From assembly GCA_951406725.2 (NCBI GenBank), contig OX597826.1:53568001-53632000 (forward strand): a stretch of 64,000 nucleotides of DNA, given 5' to 3'. Shown here piece after piece: positions 51,443-64,000 of the stretch. This DNA comes from Octopus vulgaris. Taxonomy: Eukaryota. The first letter of the stretch is position 1. Each line of letters starts with the position of its first letter. The position numbers were made by a program, and so were the translations under genes. A model generated the notes under the pieces. It saw nothing but the letters and a program-made list of their open reading frames with translations, searched no databases and was not told where the DNA came from.

Positions 51443-52693
51443 CATTTGAGGGTATATCTTTTTGGGGTCACTGCTGCATTTTTTGCTAACTCTGTATAAT
51501 CTTTGTTTCAGAAAATAATAATGGCAGACCCTCAGCTTACTCAAGAAATGAAGTGGCATGCTCTTATTCTGGTTATAAAGGCTGAGTATAGTGATTTAGA
51601 AATATCTTGATTTTTAAAAGTTGCCAGCTCTTTCGTCTACAAAGTTTGTAAGGAGCTAGAGACTGAAGATGAAAACACATCATCAGTATCAAAGCATAAA
51701 AAGCATTCTAAATGCTTTCAAAACAAGTGGACTTATTCAGCAAGTTCAACAGACCATTGATTACAATCCCAGAAAGTCCATGAGGTAAATTGCAAAAGAT
51801 CTCAATGTGTCAGAAGGAACAGTCAGAAATGTTGTTCATGAAGATATCAGATATAAGTCTTGTATGATGAGGAAAGGTCAATTTGTCAGAAAAAGCAAAA
51901 GAAAATCACTACATCAGATCTAAAAGGCTCTTAAACAAACTGAAAAATCCAGCAGAAGAAAATTTGATTGGTTTTTCTCAAATGAGAAAAACTTCGACCA
52001 AGATCAAAAAGTTAACAGAAGAAATGACAGATGGTTATGTGCAGACCCTTCTGAAGTTCCAAGTGTTATGCATACAAAATTTCCTGCAACTGTCATGGTT
52101 TTAGGGGTTGTCAGCAATGACAGACATGTGATGCTTCCTTACTTCATTCCACAAGGCCTTAGAGTTAATTCTGCTGCCTACATTGAGGTCCTGGATATAA
52201 TTGTTAAGCCCTGGATAGACAGTGTATGCAATGGAAGGCAATATATTTCAGTAAGACTACACTATCACATATGGGCTCTAGTAACACAGGAATGGATGGC
52301 TGAAAATTTTCATGATCACATAACCCCTAACATTTGGCCTCCTAATTCACCAGACCTCAATCCATTGGACTATTACATGTGGAGTGTTGTTGAGAGAGAG
52401 GTCAATGAACATGCCCATAATACCATAGATTCTTTGAAAGCTGCCATAATCAGAGTAATGTCCAAAATGAACCGGGACCAGTTGATTTGCACATGTATAT
52501 GATTTAGATATCATATAGAAGCAGTTGTTGAAGCTGAAGGTGGCTTTATTGAAAAACATTATTGAATAACATTATAGAAAAGAAGGTTTATTTTTATCCT
52601 AATAACAGTTTTTGAGAGATAAAGTTATTATTTGTTATTACATATCTGTTTTTTATAAACATGAATCTGTCCTCAAATGTCTTATGCACCCTG
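51443..52693 (+). mobile_element. Decayed DD37D (maT-type) Tc1/mariner transposon
   Basis: Frameshifted transposase at ~51522-52567: IAKDLNVSEGTVRNVVHEDI, FFSNEK, VMVLGVVS, WPPNSPDLNPLDY, IEAVVEAEGGFIE. Right end ...tgcaccctg|ta. Confidence 0.9.
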
Positions 52694-52891
52694 TATATAT
52701 ATATATGTATGCATGTATGTATGTATATATATATATACACATACATATATAATATATATGTCAGCATACACCCAAAAATACATACATGCTTACACACATA
52801 CATAAGACAAATGCAGAGACACACACACATGCACGCATGCACATACACACACAAACACACACACTCACAATAGACTTATATGATACGTTAC

Positions 52892-52966
52892 CTGACAAAA
52901 CAGATCATTGTTGTCCTTATCATTCAAAAGTAGAAATGCAATTTCAGCATCTGTTTGTTCTTGTAG
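52892..52966 (-). CDS. PDE2A: PDE2A-like exon: LQEQTDAEIAFLLLNDKDNNDLFCQ, 75 nt
   Basis: Acceptor ttttgtcttttcag, donor CAG|gtaacg, phase 0-0. Aligns with [25 protein letters not shown]. Confidence 0.9.
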
Positions 52967-53398
52967 CTGAAAAGACAAAAACAAAAGAAAATATGTAATG
53001 AAAAGCAATTATGGCTTTTTTTTTTCATATTTACTTCAGGAATTGGCACATCTTCCCTAGTGAAAGCCCCATTTCTAAGGAGCTACTTCCCGTATTGTCT
53101 GTTTTATGATGACAGAATCATTTCATTCACCACTGAACTGACTCTTATGTCACATATCTCGTTTCCTGTAATGATTTTCTGTCAATCACCACTAATCACA
53201 ATAATGCAATTTAATCACCCATTCCTTTTATTGCTATCAATTTAATAACTTGTCCATTTTTTAATATGAACCAAAGCCTACAAGTCAGCAACCCTTTCTT
53301 TTCTATTCATCATTAATTCTCCTACTTCCACCATTTGTAATTTTATAAAACAGACAATAAATTAAACATATATATACATATATACATACATGCATACA

Positions 53399-53448
<50 letters not shown>

Positions 53449-53450
53449 AA

Positions 53451-53912
53451 ATCATCATCATTGTTTAATGTCCATTTTCCATGTTGGCATGGTTTGACTG
53501 AGGTCTGGAAAGTCAGCGGCTGCACCAGGCTCCAATCTGATCTGGCAATGTTTCTACAGCTGAATGTCCTTCCTAATGCCAACCACTCCGAAAGTGTAGT
53601 GAGTGCTTTTTACATACCACCGGCACAGAAGCTAGTCAGGTGGGCCTGGTATCAATCACGTTCAGATGGCACTTTCTTTGTTCCACCAGCATGGGAGCCA
53701 GTCAGGGGGCACTGGCATCAACCACGTTTGGATGATGCCTTTTACATGCCACCCGAACGGGAGCCAGTTAAGGGCACTGGCCAGAGGTATGATTTTGGTT
53801 TTACTTGACTCAACAGGTCTTCTCAAGCATATCATATCGCTTGATGCATCAAGGGTATTATTAAATGGGACGGACATGCAACACTAGCATCGGCCATGGC
53901 TGTGATCTCACT
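53451..53912 (-). mobile_element. SINE-D with three ~66-bp subrepeats
   Basis: Subrepeats at 53603-53668, 53669-53734 and 53735-~53781. Confidence 0.8.
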
Positions 53913-54594
53913 TTAACATATATGTATATACACAAACTATCCTTTATAATTGAGTACATACTTTGAGAGCCATTATTCTCAAAAAGAATTTTACATACAT
54001 GTATACATACATATACATATATATGTGTGTGTAGCAGCACATAAAAACATGCAGCATCATGTAAAAGCACCTGTGCAGTGCCGCATGATAGTGCCTGTGT
54101 GTTACCATGTGAAAGCATCCAGCACCATCTGTAAAGTGGTTGGCTTTGGGAATGGCATCCAGCTGTAGAAACCATGCCAAATTAGACTGGAGTCTGGTGC
54201 AGTCTCCCCCTACCCCAGCTCTGCCCACATTTGTCTAACCTGTGCCAGCATGGACAACGGATGTTAAATGATGATGAGGATGATGATATATAAGAGGAAG
54301 ACTTCAACATCATTAAACCTTTTGTTACCAGTAATAATACTGGTTTCAAATTTTGGCACATGGCCAGCAACCTTGGGGAGGGGTAAATCGATTACATTGA
54401 CCTCAGTGGTTATTTTATTCGTGACTATGCCATTACATAAAAAGGGAACTGGTTAGAAGGTGTATTCCAAAGAAATTAGTAAGGGATTTTGCTCCATGAA
54501 AGTATGGAAAAGTAGATGTTATGATGATGAAAATTCTAATTTAGGAACTGATAAACAAAAACAAAAAAAAAGAATTTTATATATACATTTTATA

Positions 54595-55009
54595 TAGGCG
54601 CAGGAGTGGCTGTGTGGTAAGTAGCTTGTTTACCAACCACATGGTTCCGGGTTCAGTCCCACTGCGTGGCACCTTGGGCAAGTGTCTTCTACTATAGCCT
54701 CGGGCCGACCAAAGCCTTGTGAGTGGATTTGGTAGACGGAAACTGAAAGAAGCCCGTCATATATATGTATACATATATATGCGTGTGTGTGTTTGTGTGT
54801 CTGTGTTTGTCCCCCTAGCATTGCTTGACAACCGATGCTGGTGTGTTTATGCCTCAGTTACTTATTGGTTCGGCAAAAGAGACCGATAGAATAAGTACTG
54901 GGCTTACAAAAGAATAAGTCCCGGGGTCGAGATGCTTGATTAGAGTCGGTGCTCTAGCATGGCTGCAGTCAAATGACTAAAACAAGTAAAAGAGTAAAGA
55001 GTAAAGAGT
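54595..55009 (+). mobile_element. SINE-A, full length
   Basis: Near-consensus copy. Confidence 0.92.
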
Positions 55010-56649
55010 ATGATGGTTTATGGCAACTGTAAATGGCTGTTAAACATCTTGAAGGCATAAAGGGTACTGTGTTCCTACTTTGAATAATATCAAAATTGTA
55101 ATCTGAACTCTGTCCTGTGTGGCTTTATATAGGATCAGGTTTTATAAAAGTTCTGTTCCAGAACATTATTGTATTTTTAGTATTTTGGTCTCATGCAAGT
55201 ATTTGCAAAACACAGGCAAAAGATCTTTAAGTCTGTATTTTGTGGAATAATTATTCAGTTCCTTTCTCAATGATGCAACAGCACAATGGTTAGCCCACGT
55301 TACTCTGTAAAGAGCACAGGGCTAGTTTCCTGATTTTTCTGATGTATATATATATTCCACCCTGGATGGGATGCTAGTCCATCACAGGATTACTCATTTT
55401 TACCAGCCAATTAAAGTGGAGCAATGTGGAAATGAAGTGTTTTTTTCTCAAGAACATAATGCAGTCAGGAATTGAAACTGCAATCTTATGATCATGAGTC
55501 CAACACTCTAACCACCAAACTATGCATCTCCACCAACTACACGATGGATTTGAAATGTTCACAGTATTTAGATTACCAAGCAAAAAGTTTGAGTAAGAAA
55601 TTAAAATAATTTTACAATAACATTATTAACTACTAGCTAAGCAGAAATATTTCCAGATTACAGACAGGAAATGGTAAGTCTAATCCTAACCATCTGCTGA
55701 AGACAATATTTTCTCTAAGCCTGAAAGCAGATGCACAAGCCATATTGTCTTCTGAGCAGCAAACTGATTGGTTTTGACAGCTCTTCAGTATAAAAAGCAG
55801 GCAGAAAAAACATAGTTGCTTGCACAGACACATAGCTAAGATGCTTATTTTGCAATTATTTGGTTTTGAGCTTGATCCTTCTGTACAGCAATTGGGAAAG
55901 TGTCTTCTAATTTAGACTTGAGTTGACTGGTATCTGGATAATTAGTTGGAAACTAAAAAGAAGCCTGATGTTGAATACCCTAACCACTAAGCCACGTGCT
56001 TTCACACAAGTTAAGCACAATAGGGTGATCAAAGATGTATGATCAGTGACAATCCAGCTATGACCATTCCATCTTTTTAACCATATGTAGCACTACATTA
56101 TCTACTTTGTCCTGTCTTTATAGAAGATGGCAGGGATGGTGATTTTAAGGAGATTTAACTGCTATCTCTCATAGATTGAGTAGAGACTCTCTAAGCCTAT
56201 ATATAATCAGTGGATAGTATATTGACGGTAGTGGCAGGAAGGTGGCAGTGTCAACAGGTGTCAGTTGCACAACATCCGAGTGTTTCAAGTAAATCATCAA
56301 CAACTGTATCCTCAGTACATGATATCAGGCAATTTATAGCAAGATCACTGAATATTAGCAAATCTATTTACATAGTTTTTCTTTCGTGAGCAATGATTAT
56401 TTCCAGTTGATGAACTAAACTGATGAATTAAGATGAATATATTTAACAGCAGTAATCAGCATGATTGATATTGCAGTTTTATCATATAAATGTATTTGAT
56501 GTACTATAGTGAAGCTTAGAACGAAATGATAATAAAGCAAGAAATACAGAAGTATTTGAAAATGAAAAGCTGTCAATGTTCAATAAGTGTTAAAATTTAT
56601 ATCATTCAAGATATATTTAAAGAATTGGTTTACAATTACAAGAAATAAT

Positions 56650-56872
56650 TATTTCTACTGTAGGCACAAAGACTGAAATTTTGGAGGGGGAGGAGGAGGA
56701 GGACAATCGATTACATTGACCCCAGTGCATAACTGGTACTTATTTTACCACCCTTGAAAGGATGAAAGGCAAAGTCAACCATGGTAGAATTTGAACTCAG
56801 AACGTAAAGCTGGAAAGAAATTTTGCTAAAGATTTTGTTTGTTATGTTAATGGTTCTGCCAACTTGCTGCCA
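56650..56872 (-). mobile_element. SINE-B (tail 2)
   Basis: Reverse-complement match. Confidence 0.75.
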
Positions 56873-57556
56873 TAATCATGAGAAATAATGACAATTATAT
56901 TAATACATTGTAGCAATGTCCTGAAGAAAATATAGAAATTTAGGAAGATTTTGTAGTTTTAAATCAGTAGTTATCAGGTTTGGGAATGTAAGCCATTTAA
57001 GGGATTCACATTCAGCGTTTATTTTGGGATGATGAAAACATCTCTATTTTATTAAGGAAAGCAGAAAATCTCTAGTATAAGGTTCTGAGAAACACACACA
57101 CAAAAACATCCAGTACATGCTGTAAAGTGGTTGGTGTTACGAAGGGCATCCAGCTGTAGAAACCATGTCAAAGTAGACACTTGAGCTCAATGCTGGGCTT
57201 AGACTCATTGGATCCCATCAATGCATCCAACCCATGTCAGCATGGAACGTGGATGTTCACTGATGATAATGACAATGATGATGATAGATGGTCATGAATA
57301 TCTTCAAGTGAAGTAAGTCTTAAGTAAAAAAATATATATACATTACTCACATTCTTGTTGATATATTACACATTTGAAATTTCAGTTACATTTTAGAGGT
57401 TTGAGAACTTTTTGTACTTTGCATGTAGATCCTAAAGGAAAAGCATTTCAACCCCTCTAAGAGATAGTTTGATGCTTTTAACATTAATATGTGTGTGTGT
57501 GTGCGTGTGTGTGTATGTGTTAGTGTGTGTATGTATGTATGTATATATATATATAT

Positions 57557-57843
57557 GTGGAGGCACAATGGCCCAGTGGTTAGGGCAGTGGACTCGCGGT
57601 TGTAGGATCGCAGTTTCGATTCTCAGACTGGGTGTTGTGAGCGTTTATTGAGCTAAAACACCTAAAAGCTCCACGAGGCTCCAGCAGGGGGTGGTGATTC
57701 CTGCTGTACTCTTTCACCACCCTTTCTTCTGTTGGCCTGCTCGCTTAGCCAGTGGGGTGGCGTCATTTGAAGGCTAAAACAATGCGAACGCATTGTGACC
57801 AGCGATGTGTAACTACATCTGATGGACTGGTCAGTCACATGAT
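57557..57843 (+). mobile_element. SINE-C with ggcctgctcgcttagcc tail
   Basis: Same head as 29232 with a different tail; sister copy at 58487. Confidence 0.88.
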
Positions 57844-58049
57844 ATATATATCATCATCATCATCATCCCCATTTAATGTCCTGGTTGTTTATGCTGGTAC
57901 GGGTTGGATGGTCTGACCAGAGTTGGCAAGCTGGAGAGCTGCACTAGACTCCAGTCTGATTTGGCTTGGTTTCTAAGGCTGGATGCCCTTCTTAATGCCA
58001 ACCACCTTACAGAGGCTGCTGGGTGCTTTTATGTGGTATCTCATGGGCT

Positions 58050-58099
<50 letters not shown>

Positions 58100-58100
<1 letters not shown>

Positions 58101-58452
58101 CATCATTATCGTTTAACGTCTGCTTCCCATGCTGGTATGGGTTGGACGGTTTGACTGAGAACTGGTGAGCCAGAGGGTGCACCAGGCTCAATCTGATCTG
58201 GCAAAGTTTCTACAGCTGGATACCCTTCCTAATGCCAACCACTCCGAGAGTGTAGTGGGTGTTTTTTACGTGCCACCTGCACGAGGGTCAATCAGGCAGT
58301 TCTGGCAACGATCATTCTCAAATGTTGGTTTTCATGCGCTGCTGGCACAAGTGCTGGTAAGGCGACGCTGGCAACAATCATGCTCGAATGGTGCTTTTCA
58401 CGTGTCACTGGCATAGGAGCCAATCCATGGCCCTGGCAACAATCATGCTCAG
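58100..58452 (-). mobile_element. SINE-D with subrepeats
   Basis: D module plus repeated ctggcaacRatcat...aatgKtg units. Confidence 0.75.
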
Positions 58453-58486
58453 ATATACATATATATACATATATATATATACACAT

Positions 58487-58800
58487 GTGGAGGTGCAATG
58501 GCTCAGTGGTTAGGGCAGCGGACTCGCAGTCATAGGATCACGGTTTCGATTCCTAGACTAGGCATTGTGAGTGTTTATTGAGCGAAAACACCTAAAGCTC
58601 CACGAGGCTCCGGCAGGGGGTGGTGGCAATCCCTGCTGTACTCTTTCGCCGCAACTTTCTCTCACTCTTTCTTTTGTTGGCCTGCTCGCTTAGCCAGTGG
58701 GATGGCATCATTTAAAGGCTAAAACAATGCGAAACGCATTGTGACCAGCGATGTGTAGCAACATCTGATAGCCTGGTCGGTCACGGTGATCACGGTGATA
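58487..58800 (+). mobile_element. SINE-C, full length, with a (cacggtgat)2 end
   Basis: Matches 57557-57843. Confidence 0.88.
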
Positions 58801-59307
58801 TATACACATAAATATACATACATACGCACACACACACACGTTACCAAATGGAGGAGCAATTGATTTTACCATACAGGAATTGAACTCTTGTGTTTAAAAT
58901 GAAGCATTGTGTTTGAGATCAATGATCTGAAATATATGTTTGTAACTGACAGAGACAAACAAAATCAATTCAATTCAGGCTTTATTAGGAGGTATTGTTG
59001 TTCATGGAAGTTAAGTTTTCAGAATAAACTAAAACGAATAAATAAATATAAAAAAAAAAAATAATAACCAAAAGTTACTAAAACCTAAATCATGCAGAGG
59101 TCTGCTTGTGTGTATTGTTGCTGATTTGATGTTGGTAACAATTATGCCTCGGAAGACTTACCTAACCCCAAGTATTAAAAAGAGAAAGAAAGAAGATATT
59201 AACTGTTAAAATGATTGAATGGAAAGGCGGTAGGTCATTATGACAGTCACAAGCCTTTTATGTGCAAACAGAACTAAAATTGAAGAGAAATATGACAGTA
59301 AACTTAC

Positions 59308-59360
59308 ATATTTTATGACTTTTAATTGTAGTGATGTTGCATCAGGATCAAAGAGTTCAG
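59308..59360 (-). CDS. PDE2A: PDE2A-like exon, start of GAF-A: (A)ELFDPDATSLQLKVIKY, 53 nt
   Basis: Acceptor tttttgtttcgtttcag, donor gtaagt. Matches vertebrate PDE2A GELYDLDASSLQLKVLQY (recalled). Ends in phase 0. Confidence 0.93.
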
Positions 59361-59732
59361 CTGAAACGAAACAAAAAAAATATATATATATAGATCAGGA
59401 TATTTTGAAAGTAAATAATATATTGAAAACGATTCAGTTGTTTACATCTTACTTCACATGTGCGTGTGTGCACGTACACACACACTCATGCATGTGCAAA
59501 TACACAGACAGACAGACAGACAGACACACACACACACACACACAAAAGTGCCAACTAAAACCTGTGACTTTTAAGGGTTGGTGTTCAGTTCCACTTTCAT
59601 GAGTGGAAGTGGAATAACATCTCCTCCAGGATAAGATGCTAGTCTATTACAAGTAATATATCTGGAAGAACTTTAACATATTCCTGAGAGTTAGTTGAAC
59701 CAAGACAATATAGAATTAAGCATTTTGCTTAA

Positions 59733-59953
59733 CCCTTTCGTTACTGTATTTATTTTGAGATGCTCTCTGTTTCTTTCAATTAATTTTAGATATAACAAAG
59801 AATTTAGTAAAATAACTTAGTTATCATTAAGCTAGTGTTAGGAACATTAATTGTGACTAAGGTTTGGTGGAAGATTTTAATTCAAAACTTATGGAAACAA
59901 GACATTTGTACTCAGAGCCAGAGCCGGTTTCAGCCGGGTTGGTAACGAAAGGG
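59733..59953. mobile_element. piggyBac-like MITE
   Basis: ttaa|ccctttcgttac ... gtaacgaaaggg|ttaa; perfect 12-bp TIR and TTAA TSD. Confidence 0.88.
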
Positions 59954-60210
59954 TTAAACCTGCAACTCACTGAGACAGCTGGACTCAAGAAGTTTAAGTA
60001 AGATAAACAGTTATTTGTATTTCCCCGAATGAAATATGTCTAAATAGCAACTTGATTTTGACACAGGCATGGTTGTATGGTAAAGAAGATAGTTCTGTGA
60101 CCAAGTCATTCTGGGTGTGAAGAATACTTTGCGAGTGGAAATTGACAGTCAGAAACTAAGTGGAAACCCTTTGTTTGTGTGTGTGTGTGTGTGTATCTCT
60201 TACTCTCTTG

Positions 60211-60261
<51 letters not shown>

Positions 60262-60524
60262 AGATAATGGTGTCATTGAGACCCAAAGGAGTCAGGTAAT
60301 GCTGAATAAGTGCTATAGACAGACCATAGTTAAGTTCCAGATTCGGTAATATTGTGAATAAAGGGTTCAACGTTGGTTCTATGTCAGCGTGTGTACATAA
60401 GAATTTTTTGCGTAATAAGATAAAAAACCAAGGCTGTATAGATAGAGCATTTATAGATATATATTTGTGTATATATAAATATATATACAAATATATATAT
60501 ATATATATATATACATATATACAC

Positions 60525-60556
<32 letters not shown>

Positions 60557-60560
<4 letters not shown>

Positions 60561-60852
60561 TTTATTTGTTCAGTTCATGAGACTGTAGCCATGCTAGGGA
60601 AACACCTCGAAGAATTTTTAGTTGAATATATCGACCCTGGGGCTAATTTTGCTATTTTAGGCTTGGTACTTATTCTATTCATCTCTTTTGCCAGACTGCT
60701 AAGTTACAGGGATGTAAACACACCAGCACCAGTTGTCAAGCAGTGGTGAAGGACAGTGGTGGAGGATAAACACACACACACACACAAGCATACATATATA
60801 TGAAAGGTATCTTTTAAATCAATACGCAAGGCTTTGGTCAGCCTGAAGCTAG
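60557..60852 (-). mobile_element. SINE-A, partial and diverged
   Basis: Matches the 3' part of SINE-A. Confidence 0.7.
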
Positions 60853-62235
60853 GCCTGAGATGCTATAAACTATAAAGGTGAATATGGATATCATCTGTTA
60901 GCTTTTAACTGTTGATACTGAAGACAATTTTGAACAGAAGAATTACAATTAAAAGACTTCCAAAACCAGTAGAAAACTGATTATAGCAGCAACTTGATTA
61001 ATTCCTAGCAGTATCTGAAGAAGGAATTTTTATATTCTGCAATATTATATCAGACTATGAATAATTAAATTATAACAGTTATTATAGTTTACTCTGCATC
61101 GTTGTGCCATTCAAGACATGTTATATTTCACTTCCAAAATAGTTTTCTGGTGAATTTTCTGTGATATTAACAATATTACTACATAAGACAGGTCTAAATA
61201 CAATATGTAACGATTGTGAGAAAATGATGAATTTACAATAAGAGGGGCTAAACTTTTAAAGCACCACTTATCCCGTACAGTTAATAAATGCAAATTTAAA
61301 GATGAGATGTTGCACAGGTGAAACATTGGACAGATCCATATCTATCAAGCTGTAATTGAAGACTCTAAGCGCAATGTAAATGATGTTTAATATGAGAAGA
61401 AGGCAACAGGTGCAAAAAAAAAATAACAACAAAAATAAAACAAATCCCCCCCACCCCGGGAAGTAGGATAAATTGAGATATTTAATATCTGCTTTATGTT
61501 GTAGCTTATCGTTTATACATCAATGCAACTTGACCTATTTGACTTGGTTCCTTAGTTATCCAGCAACACATGCTGCTGTGTATTAAGGTATCTGCGTAGA
61601 TATGTGTGTGTGTGTGTGGTGTGAAAGGAAACAGACTGGTAGAGAGAAGGGCGAGAAAGTGGCGGGGAGAGTAAAAGAAGAGTGGTGAAAGAGACTGTGA
61701 ATAATAGTAACTATCCTATCACCACCACCACTACCACCACCACCACCATCACCATCACTTCCAAGAACCCACATAAAATACTTTAATCAAATCTTCTGCT
61801 TCTGAACTATATCTCTGATTTTTTAAATTCTCTCCCTCACATCCTTTGTTTTTCCCTCCATATCTTTCTCTTTCTTTTTATGCAGACAAGCAAAATTGGT
61901 GGTGGAGTGGAGGGGTGTTGAGGAAGAAATCCAGACATTTATCATTCCTTGAAGAGGAAAAAAGAGAAAAAAAACTATACAGAAATCAATATCATAATCG
62001 CTAAAAAGCAAATGACAGAGACAGACACAAAACTATAGAGACAGAGAGATAAAAGGAATAAATAGATAGAGTGTTACACACATTTAGACAGATAGATGTA
62101 ATGAAAGCTCAAACAAAATTTAGATAATATGTTAAAAAGCTGGATAAGAATATAGGGCTTCTAACCCCAAACAAGTTCTAAAACCTCTAGATAACATAGA
62201 TTCCTGGAGAAGTAATGTAATTTTAATAACCTAAA

Positions 62236-62699
62236 ACCACATGGACTCGGGTTCAGTCCCACTGCGTGGCACCTTAGGCAAGTGTCTTCTACTATAGCCT
62301 CGGACCAACCAAAGCCTTGTGAGTGGATTTGGTAGACAGAAACTGAAAGAAGCCCATCGTATATATATATATATATATTATATGTATTATATATTATATA
62401 TTATATATATTAAATTTAACAATTAAGGATAACTTCTTAATAAGGAATCTTAACAAGAAATTAAAAGAAAAAAATTATTTTCGAATTCTTTTCTATTATA
62501 TATATTATATATATATATGTATTTGTGTGTATACGTTTGTGTGCTTACGTCCCTGTAACTTAGTGGTTCGGCAAAAGAGACTGATAGAATAAGTACTAGG
62601 CTTCCAAAGAATAAGTCTTGGGGTTGATTTGCTTGACTAAAGGCAGTGCTCCAGCATGGCCACAGTCAAATGACTGAAACAAGTAAAAGAGTAAAAAGA
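62236..62699 (+). mobile_element. SINE-A, slightly 5'-truncated, with an AT-rich insert in its microsatellite
   Basis: Collinear with SINE-A. Confidence 0.85.
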
Positions 62700-62837
62700 T
62701 AGTATTCATCTGGTCCAGAAGTGGGGGAATCATTTTAGTCCCAGGAGCTTACTGCAAAGACAGAAGACCCTGATGGAGTGCATCACTACTGAGAAAATTA
62801 ATGAGTTCCTTTTAGTTTATAAATTTATAAATACTTG

Positions 62838-63215
62838 TCTTTTATCTTTTATTTGTTTCATTAATTAGACTGTGGCCATGCTGGGGCACTGCTTTGAACA
62901 ATTTTTTTTGTCAAATTTATCGACCCCAGTAGTTATTTTATTGGTCTTTTTTGCTGAACTGCTAAGTTATGGGGATGTAAACTTACCAGCACCAGTTGTG
63001 AAGCAGTGGAAGGGGACAAACAATGACACAAAAGCACACACACACACAATTGAAGGGTTTCTGTCAGTTTCCATCTACCATATCCACTCACAAAGCTTTG
63101 GTCAGCCCAAGGCTATAGCAGAAGACACTTGTGCAAGGTGCCATGCAGTGGGATTGAACATGGAACCTTGTGGTTGGGAAGCAAGCTTCTTACCACACAG
63201 CCCTGCTTGTGCCTA
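62838..63215 (-). mobile_element. SINE-A, diverged
   Basis: Reverse-complement match. Confidence 0.8.
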
Positions 63216-63627
63216 TGAATAACTTATATTAAATTTCTGTTTCATTTTTAAGGTTCTAAATTTGAATGTGTATAAAACTTTGCCTGCAGGTGAGACGTTT
63301 CTTTTCATGATTTAGGTTATACAAATGATGAGGAAACCAACAATAACACAGGCAAGCTTTATTTTATTTTTTTTATCAGTTCCAGTCACTGGAGAGCAGT
63401 TAGGCTTGGGTTTCCTCCTTGAAGGGCTTAGCTGAACAAATTGACCCCAGAACTTATTTTTTTAAGTCTGGTACTCATTCTGTTGGTCTTAGCATTCTAA
63501 ACTGTGATAATTCCATAATGAGCAAAAAAAAAAAGAAAAAGAAAGAAAAAACCCACATGTCAGCTTTTTATGTTTGGTAGTGATGAAACACATCAGGTGA
63601 TCTTAGCCTGACATAAACTGACATAAA

Positions 63628-63856
63628 GGCGGCGAGGTGGCAGAAACGGTAGCACGCCGGGCGAAATGGTAGCCGTATTTCATCTGCCGTTACGTTCTGA
63701 GTTCAAATTCCGCCGAGGTTGACTTTGTCTTTCATCCTTTCGGGGTCGATAAATTAAGTACCAGTTACGTACTGGGGTCGATGGAATCGACTTAATCCCT
63801 TTATCTGTCCTTGTTTGTCCCATCTATGTTTAGCCCCTTGTGGGTAGTAAAAAAAT
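63628..63856 (+). mobile_element. SINE-B monomer (tail 1), full length
   Basis: 15-bp TSD ataaactgaYataaa at 63613-63627 and 63857-63871. Confidence 0.92.
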
Positions 63857-64000
63857 ATAAACTGATATAAATTGAAATAGAAGCAAAAAGGAGATCCATC
63901 ATTGGTGGAAGATAGCAGAGGTTCAAGAGGGAGACAGATGGATACAGAGTCTTCATAGTTAGCCATGCCACTTGACATTGGGTTAAAAGACAATTTCACC

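Noticed and set aside
56200-56600. IARSLNISKS HTH-like translation, possible Tc1 relic
   Set aside because: Too short and degraded, and no TIRs identified.
62753-62788. 36-nt AG/GT segment reading VMHSIRVFCLC as the upstream PDE2A exon
   Set aside because: The phase fits, but similarity to KILQLC is marginal and the acceptor is weak; the true exon is probably beyond the window.

Overview
AT-rich, repeat-dense animal genomic DNA with no prokaryotic features such as operons or CRISPR. The tRNA-derived SINEs, R4/Dong-like LINE ends and dense (TA)n/(CA)n/(GA)n/(ATT)n/(GAT)n microsatellites suggest an octopod cephalopod; this is inference. The whole window lies inside one minus-strand gene, an orthologue of cGMP-stimulated phosphodiesterase PDE2A. 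Seven small GT-AG exons (59360-59308, 52966-52892, 46256-46215, 18370-18296, 8316-8186, 3531-3420, 2108-2069; 528 nt) splice in frame into GAF-A and the GAF-A/GAF-B linker helix. Both gene ends lie outside the window. Most ORFs in the supplied track are microsatellite or SINE artefacts. The introns hold several SINE families (my labels A-E), LINE 3' fragments (CR1, R4/Dong-like), mariner and maT remnants, hAT/piggyBac/pogo MITEs and Penelope-like fragments. Best leads: (1) hammerhead-ribozyme-like motifs in TA-embedded Penelope-like units, all antisense to the host gene; (2) SINE-B multimers, each inside one target-site duplication (TSD), sharing one internal junction; (3) a candidate 12-nt in-frame microexon plus a 12-nt alternative donor in GAF-A; (4) a ~790-bp fold-back and several perfect hairpins in the pre-mRNA. 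Everything was read by eye; repeat boundaries are approximate.
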